A DNA stretch of 64,000 nucleotides, from positions 5,084,001-5,148,000 of the forward strand of contig NC_091995.1 in the NCBI RefSeq assembly GCF_044704955.1, in the 5' to 3' direction. Position 1 is the stretch's first letter; every line of letters begins with the position of its first letter. A program made the position numbers and the translations under genes. Below the pieces are notes generated by a model. That model ran no database searches and was not told the DNA's origin. It saw only the letters and a program-made list of their open reading frames with translations. This document shows positions 27,237 through 38,344 of this stretch, piece after piece. Origin of the DNA: Pristiophorus japonicus. Its lineage: Eukaryota.

Positions 27237-28169
27237 ATGGCAGGAGAGCTCGGTCACGTGTTATGCTCCTCCTGTACCATGTGGGAACTCAGGGACACTT
27301 CCGGTGTCCCTGACGACGACGTGTGCGGGAAGTGTATCCGCCTCCAGCTCCTGACAGACCACGTTGCGGAATTGGAGCTGAGGGTGGATTCACTCTGGAG
27401 CATCCACGATGCTGAGAATGACGTGAGTAGCACGTGTAGTGAGTTGGTCTTACCGCAGGTGAAGGGTCCACAGCCAGCTAGGGAAGGGAAGACCAGCAAG
27501 AAGAGCAGTGCAAGGAAGGTAGTGCAGGGATTCCCTGCGGTCATCCCCCTGCAAAACAGATACACCGTTTTGAGTACTGTTGAGGGGGATGACTCATCAG
27601 GGGAGGGCAGCAGCAGCCAAGCTCATGCCACCGCGGCTGGCCCTGCTGCACAGGAGGGCAGGAAAAAGAGTGGGAGAGCGATAGTTATAGGGGATTCGAT
27701 TGTAAGGGGAATAGATAGGCGTTTCTGCGGCCGCAACCGAGACTCCAGGATGGTATGTCGCCTCCTTGGTGCAAGGGTCAAGGATGTCTCGGAGCGGGTG
27801 CAGGACATTCTGAAAAGGGAGGGTGAACAGCCAGTTGTCGTGGTGCACATTGGTACCAACGATATAGGTAAAAAAAGGGATGAAGTCCCACGAGATGAAT
27901 TTAAGGAGCTAGGAGCTAAATTAAAAGTAGTAATCTCAGGATTGCTACCAGTGCCACGTGCTAGTCAGAGTAGGAATCGCAGGATAGCTCAGATGAATAC
28001 GTGGCTTGAGCAGTGGTGCAGCAGGGAGGGATTCAAATTCCTAGGGCATTGGAACCGGTTCTGGGGGAGCTGGGACCAGTACAAACCGGACGGTCTGCAC
28101 CGAGGCAGGACCGGAACCAATGTCCTTGGGGGAGTGTTTGCTAGTGCTGTTGGGGAGGAGTTAAACTAA
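27237..28169 (+). CDS. CR1 ORF1p (CxxC..CxxC zinc finger, leucine zipper, SGNH/GDSL esterase)
   Basis: CSSC..CGKC, VIGDSIVRG, HIGTND, DGLH in an open 310-aa frame. Confidence 0.88.
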   Translation: MAGELGHVLCSSCTMWELRDTSGVPDDDVCGKCIRLQLLTDHVAELELRVDSLWSIHDAENDVSSTCSELVLPQVKGPQPAREGKTSKKSSARKVVQGFPAVIPLQNRYTVLSTVEGDDSSGEGSSSQAHATAAGPAAQEGRKKSGRAIVIGDSIVRGIDRRFCGRNRDSRMVCRLLGARVKDVSERVQDILKREGEQPVVVVHIGTNDIGKKRDEVPRDEFKELGAKLKVVISGLLPVPRASQSRNRRIAQMNTWLEQWCSREGFKFLGHWNRFWGSWDQYKPDGLHRGRTGTNVLGGVFASAVGEELN

Positions 28170-30494
28170 TATGGCAGGGGGATGGGAACCAATGCAGGGA
28201 GGCAGAGGGAAACAAAAAGGAGACAAAAGCAAAAGACAGAAAGGAGATGAGGAAAAGTGGAGGGCAGAGAAACCCAAGGCAAAAAACAAAAAGGGCCACT
28301 GAATATAAAGGGGCTGCAGGATGTGTCAAAACTAAAAATCATGGTTTAAAAACTAGTATTAAAACACTCTTCCTAAATGCACGCAGCATTCGAAGTAAAG
28401 TAAATGAGTTGACGCCACAAATCATTACAAATAGGTATGATTTAGTGGCCATTACAGAAACGTGGTTGCAGGGTGGTCAAGACTGGGAATTAAACATACA
28501 GGGGTAACTGACGATTCGGAAAGATAGACAAGAAGGGAAAGGAGGTAGGGTAGCTCTGTTAATAAAGGATGATACCAGGGCAGTTGTGAGAGACGATATT
28601 GGCTCGAATGAACAAAATGTTGAATCATTGTGGGTGGAGATTAGAGATAGTAAGGGGAAAAAGTCACTGGTGGGCGTAGTTTCTAGGCCCCCAAATAATA
28701 ACTTCACGGTGGGGTGGGCAATAATCAAGGGAATAATGGAGGCATGTGAAAAAGGAACGGCAGTAACCATGGGGGATTTTAACCTACATATCGATTGGTC
28801 AAATCAAATCACACGGGGTAGCCTGGAGGAGGAATTCATAGAATGCATATGGGATTGTTTCTTAGAACAGTATGTTACAGAACCTACAAGGGAGCGAGCT
28901 ATCTTAGATCTGGTCCTGTATAATGAGACAGGAATAATAAACGATCTCCTAGTAAAAGATCCTCTCGGAATGATTGATCACAGTATGGTTGAATTTGTAA
29001 TACAGATTGAGGGTGAGGAAGTAGTGTCTCAAACGAGCGTACTATGCTTAAACAAAGGGGACTACAGTGGGATGAGGGCAGAGTTGGCTAAAGTAGACTG
29101 GAAACACAGACTAAACGGTGGCACAATTGAGGAACAGTGGAGGACTTTTAAGGAGCTCTTTCATAGTGCTCAACAAAAATATATTCCAGTGAAAAAGAAG
29201 GGCGGTAAGAGAAGGGATAACCAGCTGTGGATAACCAAGGAAATAAAGGAGAGTATCAAATTAAAAACCAATGCGTATAAGGTGGCCAAGGTTAGTGGGA
29301 AAATGGAAGGTTGGGAAAATTTTAAACGACAGCAAAGAATCACTAAGAAAGCAATAAAGAAAGGAAAGATAGATTACGAAGGTAAACTTGCGCAAAACAT
29401 AAAAACGGATAGTAAAAGCTTTTACAGATATATAAAACGGAAGAGAGTGACTAAAGTAAATGTTGGTCCCTTAGAAGCTGAGAAGGGGGATTTAATAATG
29501 GGAAATGTGGAAATGGCTGAGACCTTAAACAATTATTTTGCTTCGGTCTTCACAGTGGAAGACACAAAACCATGCCAAAAATTGCTGGTCACAGGTATAT
29601 AGGAAGGGAGGACGTTGAGACAATCACTATCACTACGGGGGTGGTGCTGGACAGGCTAATGGGACTCAAGGTTGACAAGTCCCCTGGTCCTGATGAAATG
29701 CATCCCAGGGTATTAAAAGAGATGGCGAAAGTTATAGCAGATGCATTCGTTATAATCTACCAAAATTCTCTGGACTCTGGGGCGGTACCAGCGGATTGGA
29801 AAGCAGCTAATGTAACGCCTCTGTTTAAAAAAGGGGGCAGACAAAAGGCAGGTAACTATAGGCTGGTTAGTTTAACATCTGTAGTGGGGAAAATGCTTGA
29901 AACTATCATTAAGGAAGAAATAGCGGGACATCTCGATAGGAATAGTTCAATCAAGCAGACGCAGCATGGATTCATGAAGGGGAAATCATGTTTAACTAAT
30001 TTACTGGAATTCTTTGAGGATATAACGAGCATGGTGGATGGAGGTTGTACCGATGGATGTGGTGTATTTAGATTTCCAAAAGGCATTTGATAAGGTGCCA
30101 CACAAAAGGTTACTGCAGAAGATAAAGGTACGCGGAGTCAGAGGAAATGTATTAGCATGGATAGTGAATTGGCTGGCTAACAGAAAGCAGAGAGTCGGGA
30201 TAAATGGGTCCTTTTCGGGTTGGAAATCGGTGGTTAGTGGTGTGCCACAGGGATCAGTGCTGGGACCACAACTGTTTACAATATACATAGATGACCTGGA
30301 AGTGGGGACAAAGTGTAGCGCAACAAAATTTGCAGATGATACAAATATTAGTGGGAAAGCGGGTTGTGTCGAGGACACAGAGAGGTTACAAAGAGATTTC
30401 GATAGGTTAAGCGAATGGGCTAAGGTTTAGCAGATGGAATACAATGTCAGAAAGTGTGAGGTCATCCACCTTGGGGAAAAAACACAGTAAAAGG

Positions 30495-31045
30495 TGTGGA
30501 TATCTGAACGGAATATATGGAATTAAGGACAGTAAAGTAAACGGGATATATGAAAATGTATAAGCCATGGAAGAATAGCTGGGAGAATGTCAGATTGCAA
30601 ATAGTGCAACATCAGCATAGCTAACAGTCTTTCTCAAGGTTTCAAGTCACTAAATCCTGCCAATAACATCTAATTGTAACATGAAAGAAATCTGCAGAAT
30701 TGCAAGGTCTCAGTTAATAGTCACACCACTAGATTGAAACATTTAGAGGCAATGCTTGAGCTTTCATAAAAAACATCTCATATAGATTGACTAATGAGTG
30801 GCTGAGTTAGACTGTCAATCCATTTGTATTTTGTTATCTGATTTCAAAACTGTATAACTGTTGACGCTTTACGATGTAACTTCACCTATCCGTAGGGAGT
30901 GTGTACGCTCTATCCAGAGAGTATATCTTCTGTCTGATAGGTCTTACTGGCCGGTAATAAAGACTGCTTTGTTCAAAGCACAAGAGGTATTCGACTCAGT
31001 AATTTTACTGAACCAGATTGAGGTAAAAGAATCCAGGAATTAACA
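30495..31045 (+). repeat. ERV 5' LTR
   Basis: TGTGG...TAACA; TATAA near 30853, AATAAA near 30956; about 2 mismatches to the 3' LTR. Confidence 0.96.
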
Positions 31046-31047
31046 TT

Positions 31048-31065
31048 TGGTGTCAGAAGTGGGAT
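31048..31065 (+). promoter_or_regulatory. Primer binding site, tRNA-Leu
   Basis: TGGTGTCAGAAGTGGGAT, complementary to the vertebrate tRNA-Leu(CAA/CAG) 3' end ATCCCACTTCTGACACCA. Confidence 0.88.
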
Positions 31066-32803
31066 CTCAACGGACGACTGACGAAAACTTGCGAATTAAG
31101 AGCCAGACTAGCCTTGGACGAGACGAGGGGAAAGTGGCCACTGGAGTGAGTATGATTTCAATACTGCTCCAGTTTCCCCCGGTTTCAAAAGTCTGAGGAA
31201 AGTGTGGCCACTCGCTGGTTCTCAGGTAGTGTCTGAACGAGATCCAGGACAATCTGGTGAATACCTTTCAAACTTAGAATAGGGATAGAGAGATAGGGAA
31301 ATTGCGCGATGACGCAAACCAAGTGGCGACTTGGAAAGATAGGTTATAGTTAGAGCTAGATAGGGATAGATGATCAATCATGGATCCAAAAATTAATAGG
31401 AAAGAAAAGAGACTCTTGTGAATGTCTGTTTAAATGAGAAATGCTTCTGTGATTTTTACTGTAAAAAAAAAGCCGGGGAGTTGTGGTTTGTTTTATCTCA
31501 AACAGAATGAAAGTTTGTTTTAACCCTTCGTAGTGTTGTCCTGTATGTGGGAATTTTAAGAGTGTGAACCTTATTGAATTACGTATATTCGGATGATAAG
31601 TTACGGAGCCAGGAAATGCACAAAGGATAGGTTTGTTAAAAGAAAAAAATTACATGGTCCCGGTGGTTAAAAAAAAAGAAAAACTTGTTGAAAGAAAACA
31701 TTCAGAGAAGGCACAGCAAAGCAAATGAGATGGATTCAAAAGGATTCCAAAAAAAAATTATATTAAATAACACGACCTTGAGGCTGGAACAATTGAGATA
31801 ACGAAAAGCAGTCCACAGCCTACGTGCCAGACTTCTCTCTAGTTATGAAAAAAAATAACGTACTAAATGTTCTGAGATTTTAAATTATGAGAAAAATTCC
31901 ACTACAGTAAAAAAAAATAAAATCACTCCTGTCCAGTTGGCAGAAAAACTCCATTAAATTAGGGCTTTCATTGACTGATTGAATTTAAACTGCGCAGTAA
32001 CGCGAAAGGATAGGGAAATTTGGAGACTGAAAAAAAATTAATTGAGGCTCGTAAGACTTTAGAAAATTAGAAAATTAGGCTCACAGGGAATAAAATGGGG
32101 ATTTAAATAGAAGATAGGTGTTCAACTCAGGTACGACGTCGACCTTGTATATCACTTGGCCCGTCTAGGCTCTGATTGAATTTAAAAAAAAACCCCCGCA
32201 GCAACTCGGAAGGTAGGGCCGACGCGAACGCGCAGCGGCGCAGACGCACAAACAACGCGAGACGCGCAGCGGCGCGAGCGTCCGGCCGAGAGGAGAAGGG
32301 CCGAAACGAACGCGCAGGAAAGCGAACGCGCAGTGACGTAGACGCGCAGTACGTAAACGCGCAGTGACGCCAACGCGTAGTGACGTAGAGGCGCAGCAAC
32401 GCGAATCGCGAAAGTCAGTGCTAATGTCAGTAAGTCTTTGTAAGTCTTAAGTGTTTAGAGTTTTAAGTAAAGTTTTAAGTATTGAAATCGCGCGGCGACG
32501 CGGGTAAGTGTTAGAAGTCCTTGTTTATCTTTTAAAGTTTTAAGTATCTTAACTCGCGCGGCGACGCGAGCCACGGGTCGACGCGGATTGCGCGGCGACG
32601 TGAACTGCGAGGCGACGTGGTAGTTTAGTATCCTAAATCGCGCGGCGACGCGGATCAGTGTTAGCATTAGTAAAGTTTGGTTATTTGGAGTTAGTTAAAG
32701 TCAGTGTTAGTTTCTGTAAAGTCTGTGTCTATTTTTAAGTTTGTTTAAATTGCACGACGACACGAACGCGTAGCGACACAGTAATACGAGGAGCAGCGTG
32801 AAA

Positions 32804-34245
32804 ATGGGTAATCAGTTAGATAAAACCACGGATGCGGATAGTCCGCTACAAAAGCTATGTGAGGAATTCCCTGAAAGAGCTGAAGACTTTAGAAAGTTAT
32901 CAGGAGCCCTGAATAAATTATTAGGGGATGACCAGTGGCCTCTAGGTGGCACTAGAAGCGTAGAGGTAGCAAAAAAAAAAGCACAGGGGTTAATTTGGAG
33001 AAGGGGACGAGGAGAAGGGGCTAAAAATTTAATTGCAACCTGGCGACATTATTGTCAGAAATTAAAAGATGCATCACTTCTGTCAAGTTGGCAAACAAAT
33101 ACTATTAAATTCGGACTTGCATTGACAGAGGGAACACATGTTAAAACTGTAGACGTCTTTAAAAAAAGAATGTGTGCATGAGAAACTTACTAAGAGATCC
33201 TCTGGGACCTCTGAGAAAGGTATTGATCAACTACGAGTTAAAATGGCTGGCATTGTGTTAACCGAGGCTGATGATGAAATTGATGAGTGGCCACTGACTC
33301 AGCGCCCAACGGCGCCTCCCGCACCCCCTGGCCTCTTGCTCCAGTCCTCTTCCCAACACCCTCCACCTTACACTTCGGCGAGAGGAGTTAGGAACAACCA
33401 CATATCACCAAAGCAACTAACCCAAACTGACTCCTCATCCTCTGATAGCGATTCGGATCCCCAGTTCACAAGCAATATAGCCGAAAGAACCAGATCTCAT
33501 ATCTCGACATCACAGACAGTCCCGTAAATCTTCTAGTCAATCTACCAGTCCAAGTTGTGAAAAACATAGCAAACACCCCCGCCGATCGAGACGCAGAACT
33601 GTCAAGCAGTCAGACAGCTCTGAAACATCCTCCAGCCTAGAAATGATTTCCAAGATCCCAAAGTCCCGACACCAATTCCCTGTCAGACCAATGCCAAACC
33701 CTGATGCACAACAAGCTGCAGACCACCCCTCTATAGATGTCTGTGATCTTTAAACAACTATTTGACTGCTCACGCTATCCGGACAAATGGAAAGGGCAGT
33801 TAGATATTATTGGCAGGAAAAGAAAGGGGAGGGGGGAGGTGCGCCCCCAACCCGAGTCAAGACTGAATACGTGACTAGAAGGGAAGAGCCGCCTCAGATG
33901 GAAGGACCAAAACCCGATCCAAGGGGATACCAGATGGAACCGCAGTATTGCGTGCCTGGTTGGGTGAATAAGCAGGGATACGGTTATATCGAACACCCAA
34001 ATGGCCCGGGCCCTGCTAATTACGGACCACCCTACTGTCCCCGGCCTGGTATGGGAAAGGGTCGGGGCTGGGAAAGGAGAGATGGATGTTTTAATTGTGG
34101 GCAGGAAGGACATTGGATTAAAAATTGCCCCTACCATCAGCGTGGAAGAGGAAGAGGAGGGAAAGGAGGGGGGCAAGGGGGGAGAGGAGGATTTTACACT
34201 AACTTCTCCCAGAACAACCCCTTTGGTCACTTGTCCCCCAATTGA
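32804..34245 (+). pseudogene. gag: ERV gag (frameshifted, capsid largely deleted)
   Basis: MGNQL myristoylation-type start, late domains PTAP and PPPY, zinc knuckle CFNCGQEGHWIKNC, RG-rich NC tail. Confidence 0.88.
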
Positions 34246-36690
34246 CTACACAGCTTGATTGTACAGGGATCCTCCCCGGACGACGAACCAATGGTATCGT
34301 TAAAAATTCTGAATGAATGGCAACCCTTTTTGATAGATACGGGAGCCTTCATGTCTTCTGTACAATCAAAGCTTAAACTCCCTGCCTCTACTGAAACACA
34401 GGAACTTTTGGGATTCCTGGGACAAATCTCGACATTCCCGGTGTCAGAATTAGTTAAAGTGGGTTACCAAGAAGAATTGATAGAACATCGAATTGTCATC
34501 ACTACCAATCTGGACTGTAACTTGATGGCTAGAGACCTCCTCTGCAAATTCCAGTTGCATTTGGAGTGTGGAGATGATGGGATTATTGTAAAACAGGAAA
34601 CCCTTAAGCGGCAGTATTATACCACTAGAACCCCTCAGTGGTGGTCTCTGGACCTGCCGCAGGCACCCTATCACGTGACCCTAGCATACGATCCCAGTGG
34701 AAAGAATCAGGACCTGCAGAACTTTTATCAGGATCACGAAGGGGAAGTGAAGGGAATTCTATTAAGGGCTAGAGTGACTGGACTGGAAAGAGAGGCAGAT
34801 TTTGTGGAAGTGGATAAGAATCTGTGGAAACAGCCCCTAACAATGGCACCGCATATTGCTCGTGAAGTATTAGCCCCTCACCATGCTAAAGATTTGGGAG
34901 TTATGGTACGCAAGGCCATAGATGAGGCTGACCCTACCAGCCGGGATGTGCAAATCGTAAAACATGGCCGAACAGTCCAATTTCATGGGGACCCCGAGAA
35001 GGTCTTAACGACTCTACAGCATCATACTGGCTCGGACATACCTGACTATGTGGATCCTCATGTGTGGGCAGAGAACCCCTCCCAAGTGGGTTATACTCCC
35101 ATTGATCCGATTGAGATCCCAGTGCAGGGCAATGTGGACTGGCCCTCTATCCGACAGAACCCACTCAAATCACAGGCAATCCTAAACTGACTTTTCGGCA
35201 CTGTACTGCAATTAATCCGGCCTGTATTCTTACTGAGCCACCCCAAGATGAGTAAGAACCCAGTCATGATTGCTTATCTTTAATTTAAGAGGCCACATCA
35301 GTCAGGGAAGATTTAGTTGATGTACCAATGGAAGATCCAGACTGTATTCTTACTGAGCCAACCCAAGATGAGGAAGAACCCAGTCATGATTGTTTATGTA
35401 TGTTGACCGAAGTACTTCTATTAATCCAGAAGATACACGAATCTCAGGATACGCCATAGTAAACCAGGAGAATCAGGTCTTGGAATCTGCCGCTTTTGAA
35501 ACCGCCTATTCTGCTCAACAAGCTGAACTATTCGCCCTCACCCGAGCCTGTATCTTGGCCAAAGATCTCAAAGTCAATATCTATACCGACTCTAGGTATG
35601 TCTTTGGGGTGGTCCATGATTTCGGACAATTATGGAAAAATAGGGGATTCCTAACCTCGCAAGGGAATGAGATATCTCATAAACAGTTAGTATCTGATTT
35701 GTTGCAAGCCCTCATGTTCCCCAAACGCATTGCCATTGTCAAATGTACCGCCCATACTACCGGAAATTCTCTGGTTGATGTAGGGAATCGTTGTCCTGAC
35801 CAAGAGGCCAAACAGGCCTCTCGTGACCAACAGATGGTAGTGCCCAAAATTATGAGTCAGACTAAAAATCCTGCGAAGGATAAGTTAGCCTCGGAAAAAC
35901 CAATGCCAACCATCCAAGATGTTATAAAAGCACAGGAGGACGCTCCTGAAAAAGATAAACTGTTGTGGAAATATTATGCATGTACTTATGACAATGTTTC
36001 TAAACTCTGGACCACTCCCGCGGAACAGACTTGCATGTCTGACGAGTTGGCCTCATGGGTTATAGAATGTCTGCATTTTGCTACTCATTGTGGAGCAAGG
36101 GCAACAAGTGATACGCTTTTGGCTACTTGGGGGCACCCTAGACTCCAGGCGCTCACCCAGAAACCAATAGTCGTTGCCTGGTTGGCCAGCAACATAATCC
36201 AGGGAAGGGAGTCCCCTGTGATTGAGGTAAAACGCCCCTACCCGAAGGTCCCTTTGAGACATTTCAGTTGGACTACATTGAGTTGCAAAAAGTTCAGTGT
36301 TACAAATATGTGGTAGTAATAGTAGATGTGTTTGGCAGATGGATTGAAGCCTACCCTAACCTGGACAATAAGACTCAGACTGTTGTTAAGGTGTTAATGA
36401 GGGAAATTGTTCCTAGATATGAGATCTCAGCTAGACTGATGACCACCTATGTTCTTTCTCTGACTCAGGCTCTGCGACTAGTTCACAACCAGGTTCAAGA
36501 TGCTCACCTCGACCTCCCAGTTTTACCCGAATTGTCCCTCGTGGCACCAGGGAAGTATGGATTCGGAAGGGATTAGAGCCACAATGGGAGGGGCCTTTTT
36601 AGGTGTCACTCACTACCCCCCACTGCAGCCAAGGTTGAGGGGAAAAGTGCCTGGGTTCACCTGCATTACTGCAAGCCACACCCTCTAACA
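34246..36690 (+). pseudogene. pol: ERV pro-pol: protease, 2H-phosphoesterase-like insert, RT N-terminus (core deleted), RNase H, partial integrase
   Basis: FLIDTGA and NLMARDLL; HVTL..PHI; VWAE..SIRQNPL; SAQQAEL, YTDSRY; DYIEL..VDVFGRWIEAYP. Confidence 0.9.
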
Positions 36691-36920
36691 AACCTATTTT
36701 ACTGGTTATTCTAACTCCTGTTTCTGTTCCAGACTTCCTCTTCTCCATAGCTGAACAAGGCCGTTGGCATCCTAAATTGGAACGTGGACCAGTTTGAACT
36801 TTTACCCGTAGTGATAGACAGCCAGCTACACCGACGGTGACCTGAGAAGAGAGACGGGAAAACTGAACTCTTTTAATCAGCAAAATAATTGGACTATTTA
36901 TCTGAATCCTGAGCCATAAG

Positions 36921-37680
36921 ATGAGACTGTGTCTGTATGCCACTGTCTGCATAATAGTGTTGATATATGACAGTTTTGGCGCACGGGAAGGAAGACAAAG
37001 GCGAGAGCTCCATGTAAACACCTTTTTGTATATATCTTACGTTTATGCGGAAAAAGGGCACTTCACTAGATGCTGGGTGTGTTCACATATCCCTATACAT
37101 TCCAAAGGGGGAATTCCTTTGCGCACCGTTCCACTGACCCTAACTGAGACTGTTAGATGGATTCAAAGAAACGATATTGGAACAGGTAGCTAACCGCACT
37201 GCTGAGGCTCTGGAGGGCATCACAGCTGAAATGGTAGCGATAAGGACCGTAGCATTACAAAACCGAATGGCCCTCGATTACCTGTTAGTTGAGAAAGGGG
37301 GAACGTGTGCCCTGATAGGATCTGAATGTTGCACTTACATTCCTGATAGTTCAGAAAACATAACCCACCTTGCCGATCACATAAGGAGGGAGGTGAAGAA
37401 GTTATCCACACCAGCAAAAGAACTTAGCAGGTTTGATTGGTTTCTGGGTGGATCTTGGAGATCCTATCTAATACATGGCGCAATTGTTCTCATCATAATA
37501 ATTACCTGCTGTTTGATTGTTGGTTGCCTTAACCTCTGCTGTAAAGTAATGACAAGGTTAACAGACCCTCTTGTGGTCAAGGGTTCCCGGGTTATGATCC
37601 AACAAACTAGAGAACTACTCAACAATAATATGATTCTGGAAAGGGAGTGCGAACGGATGAATACAATACTCCTAGAATGA
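36921..37680 (+). pseudogene. env: ERV env (gamma-type), SU mostly deleted, TM open
   Basis: Signal peptide, CWVC (CxxC), immunosuppressive-domain motif LQNRMALDYLL, CX6CC (CALIGSECC), hydrophobic anchor; frameshift at the deletion near 37180. Confidence 0.9.
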
Positions 37681-37704
37681 TTCTAAATGTTATCATAGAA
37701 TGAT

Positions 37705-38266
37705 AAAAGGAGGGATGTGGATATCTGAACGGAATATATGGAATTAAGGACAGTAAAGTAAACGGGATATATGAAAATGTATAAGCCATGGAAGAATAGC
37801 TGGGAGAATGTCAGATTGCAAATAGTGCAACATCAGCATAGCTAACAGTCTTTCTCAAGGTTTCAAGTCACTAAATCCTGCCAATAACATCTAATTGTAA
37901 CATGAAAGAAATCTGCAGAATTGCAAGGTCTCAGTTAATAGTCACACCACTAGATTGAAACATTTAGAGGCAATGCTTGTGCTTTCATAAAAAACATCTC
38001 ATATAGATTTACTAATGAGTGGCTGAGTTAGACTGTCAATCCATTTGTATTTTGTTATCTGATTTCAAAACTGTATAACTGTTGACGCTTTACGATGTAA
38101 CTTCACCTATCCGTAGGGAGTGTGTACGCTCTATCCAGAGAGTATATCTTCTGTCTGATAGGTCTTACTGGCCGGTAATAAAGACTGCTTTGTTCAAAGC
38201 ACAAGAGGTATTCGACTCAGTAATTTTACTGAACCAGATTGAGGTAAAAGAATCCAGGAATTAACA
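37705..38266 (+). repeat. ERV polypurine tract (37705-37715) and 3' LTR (37716-38266)
   Basis: AAAAGGAGGGA, then a copy of the 5' LTR, then TSD AAGG. Confidence 0.96.
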
Positions 38267-38344
38267 AAGGTTATATTATTTGAATGGGGAGAAATTACAA
38301 CATGCTGCGGTGCAGAGGGACCTGGGGGGTCCTACTCCATGAAA

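Larger units (their letters stand above)
30495..38266 (+). mobile_element. Endogenous retrovirus (class I, gamma/epsilon-like), internally deleted, 7772 bp
   Basis: Paired 551-bp TG..CA LTRs, TSD AAGG, PBS, PPT, gag-pro-pol-env order. Confidence 0.96.

Noticed and set aside
38328-38343. Tx1 targeting of U2 snRNA or another RNA gene
   Set aside because: Target is CR1 coding sequence; no snRNA or tRNA recognisable at any of the three junctions
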